DNA of 64,000 nt. Source: a bacterium. Its GTDB lineage: Bacteria; Auribacterota; UBA3054. The translations under genes and the position numbers were made by a program. The stretch spans positions 27,049 to 91,048 of the forward strand of contig JAFYXV010000009.1 of NCBI GenBank assembly GCA_017557885.1. Direction: 5' to 3'. This document shows positions 26,541 to 35,119 of the stretch, piece after piece. The notes under the pieces were generated by a model. That model was not told where the DNA came from. It saw only the letters and a list, made by a program, of their open reading frames with translations, and made no database searches. The stretch's first letter is position 1; each line of letters begins with the position of its first letter.

Positions 26541-27842
26541 ATGGCAAACGGATCATTCATCGTACACGGCTCCAAGCCGCTCTCCGGCACCATCACGGCC
26601 AACGGCAACAAGAACGAGGCGCTGCCTGTTCTGGCGGCCTGCCTTCTGACCAGTGAGACCGTAACCTTGCACAACGTGCCTTTAATAGGCGACATCAAAG
26701 TGATGTCCGAACTTTTGGAAGCGCTGGGAGCGAAAATAGAGAAAGATGAAGCCGACCCCCACACCTGGCGGATAACTTCGGAAAGCATCCTTTCCAGCGA
26801 CATTCCGGAAAACTACTTCACCAAGATAAGAGCCTCCATCTGTCTGGCCGCTCCCCTTCTCCATCGCTGCGGAAAGCTTCGCCTGCCGCTGCCCGGCGGC
26901 GACCAGATCGGCGCCAGAAGCATCACCACCCATTTGCTGGGCTTGCAAACTTTGGGCGTCACGATCTATGATGACGAGAAAGGATTGCTGCTAATAAACA
27001 GAAGCGGCATGCAGGGACAGGACATGCTATTGGATGAAGCTTCGGTGACCGGCACGGAAAACCTCATCATGGCGGCGGTATTGGCTTCCGGAGAGACCGT
27101 CATCTACAACGCCGCCTGCGAGCCGCATGTCCAGCAGCTTTGCCTTATGCTAAACAAGATGGGCGCCAAGATCAGCGGGATCGGCAGCAACCGACTTATC
27201 ATCCAGGGCGTTACGGAACTAAAGGGCTGCGAGCACACCATTGACACCGACTACATCGAAGTGGCCAGTTTTGTCGCCCTGGCAGCCGCCACCAAGAACG
27301 CCATAACCATAAAGCGAGGCAACTGCGCCGCCATTCCTGTTCTGGCCAAGGCCTTCGCAAAACTCGGAGTTTTTTTTGAAATTAAAGGCGAAGACATCTT
27401 TGTTCCCTCCAAGCAGGATATGGAGATACGTCCCGGCTTCCGCGACATGATAACGAAACTTGAGAGCGCCATCTGGCCGGGAGTTCCCGCGGACATATTG
27501 AGTTTGCTGCTGACTGTGGCCACCCAGTGCAAAGGCACGGTGTTGATCCATGAAAAAATGTTTGAATCGAGGTTGTTCTTCATCGACCGCCTTATCAGCA
27601 TGGGCGCCAGGATAGTTCTGTGCGACCCCCACAGGGCGGTGGTGATAGGGCCCGCCAAGCTTCGCGGGGAGAAGATCACAAGCCCCGATATCCGCGCCGG
27701 CGTCTCATTGCTTATCGCCGCTCTCTGCGCCAAAGGCGAGAGTCGCATCGACAACATCTACATGATCGACCGCGGCTATGAAAGGATCGACGAACGACTG
27801 AGGTCGCTGGGCGCCGACATCGTTAGAATAGAAGAAGCTTAA
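26541..27842 (+). CDS. murA: UDP-N-acetylglucosamine 1-carboxyvinyltransferase (Asp-type active-site loop)
   Basis: It carries GSKPLSGTITANGNKNEALPVLAACLL, the LPLPGGDQIGARS loop and DRGYERIDERLRSLGADI. Length is 433 aa. Confidence 0.95.
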   Translation: MANGSFIVHGSKPLSGTITANGNKNEALPVLAACLLTSETVTLHNVPLIGDIKVMSELLEALGAKIEKDEADPHTWRITSESILSSDIPENYFTKIRASICLAAPLLHRCGKLRLPLPGGDQIGARSITTHLLGLQTLGVTIYDDEKGLLLINRSGMQGQDMLLDEASVTGTENLIMAAVLASGETVIYNAACEPHVQQLCLMLNKMGAKISGIGSNRLIIQGVTELKGCEHTIDTDYIEVASFVALAAATKNAITIKRGNCAAIPVLAKAFAKLGVFFEIKGEDIFVPSKQDMEIRPGFRDMITKLESAIWPGVPADILSLLLTVATQCKGTVLIHEKMFESRLFFIDRLISMGARIVLCDPHRAVVIGPAKLRGEKITSPDIRAGVSLLIAALCAKGESRIDNIYMIDRGYERIDERLRSLGADIVRIEEA

Positions 27843-27851
27843 GGGGTAAAT

Positions 27852-29261
27852 ATGCTTATTCAGTTTTTAGGCGGCGCCATGGAAGTCACCGGCACCACTC
27901 ATGTTCTCAGTACCAGAAAGAGCCGCGTCCTGAGGGACGCGGGGCTTTTCCAGGGACGCAGGGCGCAAGCCAGGGAAAAGAACGAAATGACCTTCGTCAA
28001 CATGGAGCCAGTGGACTGCATGGTGCTTTCCCACGCCCATATCGACCACTGCGGCAACATTCCCCTGCTCGTCAAGAACGGATTCTCCGGTCCAATCTAT
28101 ACTCACGCCGCCACGAAAGACCTCTGCGAACTGATGCTAATGGATTCCGCCCACATTCAGGAACTGGACGCGGAATATTTGAGCCGCAAGCTCGATCCCA
28201 ACGATCCCCTGATCGCTCCTCTCTACAGCGAGGAGGAAGCCGAGGCGTCCTTGAAATACCTTGTCCCCCACCAGTATCACGAACGCATCCAGCTGACGGA
28301 GGACATCGGAGTGACCGCCTATGAAGCCGGACACATTCTTGGCTCGGCATCCCATATCTTCGACATCAAGGAAGGCAGAAGAAAACTGAAGATCGGCTAC
28401 GCCCTGGACTTGGGCAGGAAAGGCCTTCCCATCATCAGGGATCCTGAACAGCTGACGGATATCGACGCCCTGGTCATGGAAGCGACCTACGGCAACCGAC
28501 GCCACAGGGACATCAATCAGTCCGAGGATCTCCTGGCCGGCGTCATAAACAGGACCTACCGCAAAGGCGGCAAGATCATAATCCCGGCTTTCGCCTTGGA
28601 AAGAGCCCAGGAGATCGTTTACACCCTGATGAAGCTGTACGGTCAGACAGACGAAAATGGCAACCATCTTGTTCCGAGTCTTCCCATCTACATCGACAGC
28701 CCCTTAGCCTGCGAAGTCTCAAAAGTCTTCGGCAAACACCCGGAGACCTACGGCGAGGAAACTCTTAAGCTGGCCCAGAGCCGCTCAAAAATGTACATGA
28801 GCGAATGCGTCCATCTCATCGGCACCGTAGAGGAATCCAAAGCCCTGAACGACGACCCCAGGTCCATGATCATAATTTCCGCTTCCGGAATGTGCGAAAG
28901 CGGAAGAATACTGCATCACTTGAAGAACAACGTCGAGGACCCCAGGAACGCCGTCGTAATCGTAGGCTACCAGGCCGAGAACACCCTGGGCCGCCGCATC
29001 GTTGACCGTGCGGAGGAGATCAAGATCTTCGGAAAGATGTACAAGATGAACGCGGAAAGAGTCGTCCTAAACACCTACAGCGGACACGCGGATCAAAAAG
29101 ATCTTCTGGAATTCGCCTGCAACGTCGGCGACAGATGCAAGACCTTCGTATTGGTCCACGGCGAAGAAGAATCCATTATGGATCTGGCGGCAAACATTCA
29201 GTCCATGCGCCCTGACGCCCGAGTTCTTACGCCCAACAGATTCGACATCATCTCAATCTAA
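27852..29261 (+). CDS. MBL-fold beta-CASP family ribonuclease/hydrolase
   Basis: It has HAHIDHCGNIP (HxHxDH), EATYGNRRH, a beta-CASP-like middle region and the C-terminal GHADQKDL..VHGE. Confidence 0.85.
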   Translation: MLIQFLGGAMEVTGTTHVLSTRKSRVLRDAGLFQGRRAQAREKNEMTFVNMEPVDCMVLSHAHIDHCGNIPLLVKNGFSGPIYTHAATKDLCELMLMDSAHIQELDAEYLSRKLDPNDPLIAPLYSEEEAEASLKYLVPHQYHERIQLTEDIGVTAYEAGHILGSASHIFDIKEGRRKLKIGYALDLGRKGLPIIRDPEQLTDIDALVMEATYGNRRHRDINQSEDLLAGVINRTYRKGGKIIIPAFALERAQEIVYTLMKLYGQTDENGNHLVPSLPIYIDSPLACEVSKVFGKHPETYGEETLKLAQSRSKMYMSECVHLIGTVEESKALNDDPRSMIIISASGMCESGRILHHLKNNVEDPRNAVVIVGYQAENTLGRRIVDRAEEIKIFGKMYKMNAERVVLNTYSGHADQKDLLEFACNVGDRCKTFVLVHGEEESIMDLAANIQSMRPDARVLTPNRFDIISI

Positions 29262-29278
29262 GATATTAAGGAAATATA

Positions 29279-30100
29279 ATGAGCGAAAACTGCACCCACG
29301 ACTGCTCAAGCTGCCAAGAAAACTGCTCTGAGCGCAAGACTGATCCCAACGATTTCAAAGCCCCCGCCAATCCTGGTTCAAACGTTAAGAAAGTCATAGC
29401 CGTCATGAGCGGCAAAGGCGGCGTGGGAAAATCTCTCGTAACTAGTCTTCTCGCGGTAATGGCTCAGAGGCGCGGCGACAAAGCCGCCATCCTTGACGCC
29501 GACATAACCGGCCCCTCCATTCCCAGAATGTTCGGCCTGAAAGAAAAGGCCGAAGCCATAGAGGGCGGCATGCTTCCCGTCGCCTCCAAACTCGGCACCC
29601 AGATCATGTCTCTGAACCTCCTGATGGAAAGGGAGACCGATCCTGTCGTCTGGCGCGGACCCGTCGTGGCCGGCGTTGTAAAACAGTTCTGGTCCGACGT
29701 CGTCTGGGGCGACATAGACTGCATGTTCGTGGACATGCCCCCGGGAACCGGCGACGTTCCTCTGACCGTCTTCCAATCTCTTCCCATTGACGGCATCATC
29801 ATCGTCACCTCCCCGCAGGAACTCGTCTCCATGATCGTCAGCAAAGCCGTCAATATGGCCAAACTGATGAAGATCCCCGTCCTCGGAGTCGTGGAGAACA
29901 TGAGCTACGCCGTCTGCCCGGACTGCGGCAAGGAATTCCCTATTTTCGGCGAAAGCAAACTCCCGGAAGTCGCCAAAGAGTGGCAGCTGCCGATCCTCGG
30001 CAAGATCCCAATGAACATCAAGCTGGCCGCAGCCTGCGACAAAGGCATGATCGAGCTCTTCGAAGGCGACTGGCTGGATGCAGCCATGGAAAAGATCTGA
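29279..30100 (+). CDS. mrp: Mrp/NBP35 (ApbC) family Fe-S cluster carrier ATPase
   Basis: It has VIAVMSGKGGVGKS (deviant Walker A), DMPPGTGD, a CPDCG Cys pair and the N-terminal Cys-rich CTHDCSSCQENC. Confidence 0.9.
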   Translation: MSENCTHDCSSCQENCSERKTDPNDFKAPANPGSNVKKVIAVMSGKGGVGKSLVTSLLAVMAQRRGDKAAILDADITGPSIPRMFGLKEKAEAIEGGMLPVASKLGTQIMSLNLLMERETDPVVWRGPVVAGVVKQFWSDVVWGDIDCMFVDMPPGTGDVPLTVFQSLPIDGIIIVTSPQELVSMIVSKAVNMAKLMKIPVLGVVENMSYAVCPDCGKEFPIFGESKLPEVAKEWQLPILGKIPMNIKLAAACDKGMIELFEGDWLDAAMEKI

Positions 30101-31485
30101 TGAAAAAATTTCTTCTGGCCCTGCTTTTTTGCGCGCCCCTTCTGGCTTCAGAAAAAGCTCCCGACTACGCAAAGGACCTGCGCCCCGCTCCCGAGAAGCG
30201 CTGCTTTAGAAGCGAGGCCGTGGAGAAACAGATCGTTGACCTCAAAGACAAACTTACCGCAATCGATCCGAAACTATATTGGATGTTCGAGAACTGTTTT
30301 CCCAACACGCTGGATACAACTGTCCGCTACAGAAGCGTTGAGGGAGACGACGACACCTTCGTAATTACCGGCGACATCAACGCCATGTGGCTCAGAGACA
30401 GCGCCGCCCAGGTCTGGCCGTATCTTCGTTACGTTGATAAGGACGAGCCTTTGCGCCATCTCATCCGCGGCGTGATCCGCCGCCAGTTCAATTGCATTCT
30501 CACAGATCCTTACGCCAACGCCTTCAATCCCGGACCCATCGGCGGCGAATGGCAAAGCGACGAGACGGAGATGAAAAAGGAACTGCACGAGCGCAAGTAC
30601 GAGATCGACTCCCTCTGCTACCCCGTCCGTTTGGCCCACGAATACTGGAAGCGCACTGGTGACAAAAGCGTCTTCGACGAAAAATGGCTCAAAGTCGTCC
30701 GCTCGATCTTGGACGTTTTCCGCGACCAGCAGAACAAAAACGGCTTCAGGAGCAATTATCATTTCAGGCGCAACACCTCGGCTTATCACGACACCAGAAG
30801 CAACGGAGGCTACGGACATCCAGGAAAGGATTGCGGACTCATAGCCAGCGCTTTCCGTCCTTCGGACGACAGCACCATCTTCCCCTATCTCATCCCCAGC
30901 AATTTCTTCGCGATCAGCATCCTCAGGAAAGCCGCGGAAATACTGCGCACTGTAAACGAAAACGAAGAGCTGGCTAAAGAATGCGAAGATCTTGCAAATG
31001 AAGTGGAGACCGCCATAAAGAAATACGCGGTAGTTGAGCATCCCAAATACGGCAAGATCTACGCCTTCGAAGTGGACGGCTTCGGAAGCCAGCTTCTGAT
31101 GGACGACTCCAACGCGCCTTCGCTTTTGAGCCTCCCCTATCTCACCGACGTTAAATTAGACGATCCCGTTTACCAGAACACCAGGAAATTCGTCTGGAGC
31201 GAGGCCAACCCCTACTTCTTCCAAGGCTCCGCTGGTGAGGGCATCGGCGGCCCGCACTGCGGGTTGTATAGGCCCTGGCCCATGAGCATAATAATGAAAG
31301 CCCTGACCACCAACGACCGCACAGAAAAGGAGTGGTGCGTAAAGGAGATCTTGAAGACCGACGGCGGCACAGGCTTCATCCACGAGTCATTCTACAAAGA
31401 CGACGCCAAAAACTACAGCCGCTCCTGGTTCGCCTGGGCCAACACATTGTTCGGCGAACTGATCGTCGAAATGTACGCGGAATAA
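30100..31485 (+). CDS. secreted GH125 family exo-alpha-1,6-mannosidase (DUF1237)
   Basis: The ATG at 30100 overlaps the mrp stop (TGATG). The signal peptide is MKKFLLALLFCAPLLASE. FPNTLDTTV, FVITGDINAMWLRDSAAQVWPYL and DPYANAF are typical of GH125. Confidence 0.8.
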   Translation: MKKFLLALLFCAPLLASEKAPDYAKDLRPAPEKRCFRSEAVEKQIVDLKDKLTAIDPKLYWMFENCFPNTLDTTVRYRSVEGDDDTFVITGDINAMWLRDSAAQVWPYLRYVDKDEPLRHLIRGVIRRQFNCILTDPYANAFNPGPIGGEWQSDETEMKKELHERKYEIDSLCYPVRLAHEYWKRTGDKSVFDEKWLKVVRSILDVFRDQQNKNGFRSNYHFRRNTSAYHDTRSNGGYGHPGKDCGLIASAFRPSDDSTIFPYLIPSNFFAISILRKAAEILRTVNENEELAKECEDLANEVETAIKKYAVVEHPKYGKIYAFEVDGFGSQLLMDDSNAPSLLSLPYLTDVKLDDPVYQNTRKFVWSEANPYFFQGSAGEGIGGPHCGLYRPWPMSIIMKALTTNDRTEKEWCVKEILKTDGGTGFIHESFYKDDAKNYSRSWFAWANTLFGELIVEMYAE

Positions 31486-31553
31486 AAGAAATATTTGATT
31501 TAACAAAGATAGAAACTTTATATCAGTAAATTGTCACTAGTTGTTTCCGCGCA

Positions 31554-31580
31554 AATTGTGTCACCACCGGTGACACAATT
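31554..31580 (+). terminator. 12-bp perfect hairpin (candidate terminator for the murA-GH125 operon, or an operator)
   Basis: AATTGTGTCACC acc GGTGACACAATT is followed by TATTTTA. A third half-site-like copy, AAATTGTCAC, lies at 31528-31537. Confidence 0.45.
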
Positions 31581-31906
31581 TATTTTAGCAGATGATTGGT
31601 CCAAGTCAATTTAGTTAGCAATGGCGCCACTTTCTTGTTGTTCATATAAAGCTCATAAAATTGCTTCATACGATAAAACCCTCGCCGATTAAAGCCTTTG
31701 ATTCCCGGAAATTTTTCTTGAATAAAATTTGATAACGAATCAATATAATTATCACCATAATCTGAATCCCTGGATTTTTCAAAGAGTATTTTCCCTACTC
31801 TCTGATACATCAATATCAGTTCTTCATTAATCTTACGATAAGCATTATTGCGAGCATTTTCAATTATTTTGGCAACCTCAGCAAAGTTTTTACTTATTTC
31901 ATTCAT
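31580..31906 (-). pseudogene. truncated DUF1016 (YhcG-like PDDEXK nuclease) N-terminal fragment
   Basis: The 108 aa (NARNNAYRKINEELILMYQRVGKIL..., ..APLLTKLTWTNHLL) match only the DUF1016_N part. Full-length members are about 340-380 aa. It is AT-rich and isolated in a 613-nt gap. Confidence 0.6.
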
Positions 31907-32034
31907 ATGGTATTACGCCCATTGTTGATTTATTGGAATAGAATTTTGCCATATGTTACATTAATGTCTAAATCAATTCAAGAATTTGCGCTTTTTCTAT
32001 TATTTGTGATAGCGATTGAAAATATTGAGCAAAT

Positions 32035-32058
32035 AAAAAAGCCGCTCTTTGGAGCGGC
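32035..32058 (-). terminator. rho-independent terminator after the SSS transporter
   Basis: The minus strand reads GCCGCTC caaa GAGCGGC followed by TTTTTTATTT, about 40 nt downstream of the stop at 32099. Confidence 0.8.
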
Positions 32059-32098
32059 TTTCTTGCTTGAGGACTGCTTGCTTTTGCAAACTGATCGC

Positions 32099-33922
32099 TT
32101 AGTCGTTGTTGAGGTAAAGTTTCGGCCAGAGCTTGTACATTCCGAAGCCGCAGGCTGCGACCAGAACGAGAAGGCAAGTGGCAGGAACGGGCTTGCCGTA
32201 GATATACATGCCGGTCGAGAAGAGCAGGCTGTAAACCACGATGGTGCCCAGTATCATGCAGAGGATGCCCTGGGGCAGCGTATTCGGCACGGCGTACTTG
32301 TCGATCTGATCGCCTTCCTCGTTGGCTTCCTTGATGACTTTGTTCCAGCCGGGGCCGCCGGGGCAGATGTGACGGTAGAAGGATCTCAGGGTCTTGGTGT
32401 CGGTCGCAGGAGCAACGTAAGCCAGGATCACCCAGACGGTGGTGGAAATAGCCACGTTGATAAGGTACGGCAGGAAAGTGTATTCCTTGAAGAGCTCGGG
32501 TTCCCAGAAGACGAAAGTCGTGGAGATAATAAAGGAGAGCGTCATGGCCGCGATCTCGCACCAGGCGTTGATGCGCCACCAGAACCATCTTAAGATGAAG
32601 ACCAAGCCCGTGCCGGCGCCGAAGCCCACCAGGATCTTGAAGGCGAAGGTCGCGCTCTTTAAAAAGAGGGCCAAAACGCAGGCAAAGACCATCAGGATAA
32701 CGGTGGCGATGCGGCCCACCAGAACCATTTCCTTCTCGCTGGCCTGGGGCCTCAGGAAGCGTTTCCAGAAGTCGTAGGTGATGTACGAGGAACCCCAGTT
32801 CAGGTGGGTGGAGATCGTGGAAATGTAAGCGGACATCAGAGACGCGACCACGATGCCCTTCAAGCCGTGGGGCAGCATGGTCAGCATGGCGGAATAGGCC
32901 AGGTCATGTCCGGGCATGGTGTGCGGGAAGGCCGATTTCAAAGAGTCCAGCGTCGGGAAGAGCACCAGCGAAGCCAGGGCAACCAAAAGCCAGGGCCAGG
33001 GGCGGAGAGCGTAGTGCGCGATGTCGAAGAAAAGCGTGGAGCCCGTGGCGTGCGCTTCATTCTTGGCCGCCAGGACGCGCTGGGTAAGGTACCCGCCGCC
33101 GCCGGGCTCTGCGCCGGGATACCAGGCGCTCCACCACTGGACGAGAACGGGCATCAGAAGCAGCGTGATGAGAAGGTTCAGGCTCTCCTTGTCAAAGCCT
33201 ACGCCGGGAGTGTAGATGTTGAAGGAGGGCAGGATGTCCATCTTCTGCTGGACAAGAGGATTATTCAGGACAACGTCCAGGCCGCCGGCGCGGTTGACGG
33301 AAACGACAGCCGCCGCCACAGACCCGACCATGGCCACGACGAAGAGCAGGCAGTCGGTGATCAGCACGCTCTTAAGGCCGCCCAAGACCGAGAAGATCGT
33401 GGTGATGGCCGCGGCGTAGAGCACGGTCTCCCAGGGTTTCAATCCCAGCATGACGCCGCCGATCTTGATGGCGGCCATGGAGACGGTGGCCATGACGATG
33501 ATGTTGAAAAGGAAGCCGAGATAGACGGCCCTGAAGCCTCTTAGGAAAGCCGCGGATTCGCCGCTGTAGCGGAGCTCATAGAATCCCAGGTCTGTCACTA
33601 CGCCGGAACGGCGCCAGAGCTTGGAATAGATGAAGGTCGTCAGCATGCCTGTCATAAGGAAGGCCCACCAGCTCCAGTTCTGGGCTACGCCGCCCTGCCT
33701 GACCATGTCTGTGACAAGGTTCGGGGTGTCGGTAGAGAAAGTCGTGGCCACCATGGAGAAGCCCAGGAGCCACCAGGGCATGGAACGGCCGGAGAGGAAG
33801 AAGTCCTCAGATGATTCGCCGGCCTTTTTGGAAACGATGATGCCCACGATAAGCGTGAAGACCAGGAATCCGATGATGATCCCCCAGTCCAGGGCGTTCA
33901 CAGGAATAAATTCGTATCCCAT
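32099..33922 (-). CDS. sodium:solute symporter (SSS) family transporter
   Basis: It has about 13-14 hydrophobic segments. The N-terminal ...DFFLSGRSMPWWLLGFSMVATTFSTDTP is typical of the SSF family. Length is 607 aa. Confidence 0.85.
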   Translation of the reverse strand: MGYEFIPVNALDWGIIIGFLVFTLIVGIIVSKKAGESSEDFFLSGRSMPWWLLGFSMVATTFSTDTPNLVTDMVRQGGVAQNWSWWAFLMTGMLTTFIYSKLWRRSGVVTDLGFYELRYSGESAAFLRGFRAVYLGFLFNIIVMATVSMAAIKIGGVMLGLKPWETVLYAAAITTIFSVLGGLKSVLITDCLLFVVAMVGSVAAAVVSVNRAGGLDVVLNNPLVQQKMDILPSFNIYTPGVGFDKESLNLLITLLLMPVLVQWWSAWYPGAEPGGGGYLTQRVLAAKNEAHATGSTLFFDIAHYALRPWPWLLVALASLVLFPTLDSLKSAFPHTMPGHDLAYSAMLTMLPHGLKGIVVASLMSAYISTISTHLNWGSSYITYDFWKRFLRPQASEKEMVLVGRIATVILMVFACVLALFLKSATFAFKILVGFGAGTGLVFILRWFWWRINAWCEIAAMTLSFIISTTFVFWEPELFKEYTFLPYLINVAISTTVWVILAYVAPATDTKTLRSFYRHICPGGPGWNKVIKEANEEGDQIDKYAVPNTLPQGILCMILGTIVVYSLLFSTGMYIYGKPVPATCLLVLVAACGFGMYKLWPKLYLNND

Positions 33923-33973
33923 ATTTTCCTTAAAGGTAAAAGTGAAGCGGTTGATAACGATAAACTTTAATAA

Positions 33974-33982
33974 ATTCTAGCA
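33974..33982 (-). promoter_or_regulatory. extended -10 promoter element TGCTAGAAT for the SSS transporter
   Basis: The minus strand reads TTTTGCTAGAAT, with the -10 ending 51 nt upstream of the ATG at 33922. Confidence 0.45.
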
Positions 33983-34053
33983 AAAGCGACTTTGTCCGTC
34001 AAATCAACAGCTGATCAAAAACGCCGAAAAAGAAAAGGAAAAGCGGGAAACAA

Positions 34054-34545
34054 TTATCGGGCGAGAATGGGGAAAAAATACAAAAGCAAGCCGAGAATGA
34101 TCCTGCTGAAAACGCCCGCCAAAGTATCGTCCAGCATGATGCCCCACGCTCCCGGGAGGTTTTGGAGCTTATTTATGGGCCAGGGCTTCAGGATGTCGAA
34201 AAAACGGTTGAGGAAAAGTCCTGTGAGAGCCGTCCAGATGCTGAAATTAACGCCCAGGAAGGTCAGGAAGGCCGCTGCCGTCTCGTCGATGATAACTGAG
34301 CCGGGGTCGTGCTTGCAGAGGTCAGATTCGGCCTTCCCGCAAAAAATGAGGCCGAGGAGGAAAAAAGCCGCCGCAAGGATAGCCTGAATAAGGAGAGGCT
34401 GCTTGGTAAAAGTCGTGGCGTACCAGATTAAAAGGCCCCAGATCGTGCCGACAGTTCCGGGCATGATGGGGAAAAAGCCCGTGAAACACATGGTGGATAC
34501 GAAGACCGCCGGCGTGAATTTGCGGCTTTTAATTTCCTCAGGCAT
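34054..34545 (-). CDS. pgpA: phosphatidylglycerophosphatase A
   Basis: FFPIMPGTVGTIWGLL, DPGSVIIDETAA and FFDILKPWPI match the PgpA family. It overlaps pgsA by 8 nt. Confidence 0.85.
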   Translation of the reverse strand: MPEEIKSRKFTPAVFVSTMCFTGFFPIMPGTVGTIWGLLIWYATTFTKQPLLIQAILAAAFFLLGLIFCGKAESDLCKHDPGSVIIDETAAAFLTFLGVNFSIWTALTGLFLNRFFDILKPWPINKLQNLPGAWGIMLDDTLAGVFSRIILGLLLYFFPILAR

Positions 34546-35119
34546 TATCCAGGTAGAAATTTTTGTATTTTACTAGGTAGTAAAAACCGGAGAAAATGGT
34601 CAGGAGGCTCACGAACCAGAAGAGAATATGCGTGGCGATCCTGAAATATTCCAGGTAACTGCCGCTAAGATTGAGATCGTTGGAGAAGACCAGATAAAAC
34701 AGCATGGTCACGATGGCGATCATCTGCCAGGCCGTCTTGTGCTTGCCGATGGCGTGGGCGCCCAAGACCGCTCCCCTGCTCAGGCCGGCCATCCTGAGCC
34801 CCGTGACCACCAGGTCGCGGCCGACAATGGCCACCACCATCCAGGGAGCCACTATGCCGTTCTTCCAATACATGGCGGTGAAGCAGATAAGGACGGAGCA
34901 GACCAGGATCTTGTCGGCCAAAGGATCCATCAGTTTTCCGAAATCGGTGACAAGGTTATGTTTTCTGGCGATATGGCCGTCCAAAAAGTCGGTTATGGAA
35001 GCCAAGGCGAAAAAGGCCAGGGCCAGCGTTTTGGAATACGGAAAATCCTTCAGGAGGCAGGGCATCACCACCAGCGGCATAGCCAGGCGGCAGACCGTCA
35101 GTTTGTTCGGGAGATTCAA
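34538..35119 (-). CDS. pgsA: CDP-diacylglycerol--glycerol-3-phosphate 3-phosphatidyltransferase
   Basis: It has the CDP-alcohol phosphatidyltransferase motif DFLDGHIARKHNLVTDFGKLMDPLADK. Length is 193 aa. Confidence 0.9.
   Translation of the reverse strand: MNLPNKLTVCRLAMPLVVMPCLLKDFPYSKTLALAFFALASITDFLDGHIARKHNLVTDFGKLMDPLADKILVCSVLICFTAMYWKNGIVAPWMVVAIVGRDLVVTGLRMAGLSRGAVLGAHAIGKHKTAWQMIAIVTMLFYLVFSNDLNLSGSYLEYFRIATHILFWFVSLLTIFSGFYYLVKYKNFYLDNA

Noticed and set aside
31907-32593. A 228-aa plus-strand ORF spanning the AT-rich gap and the 3' end of the SSS transporter
   Set aside because: It runs through a rho-independent terminator and then antisense to a well-supported transporter gene. 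It shows no coding features.
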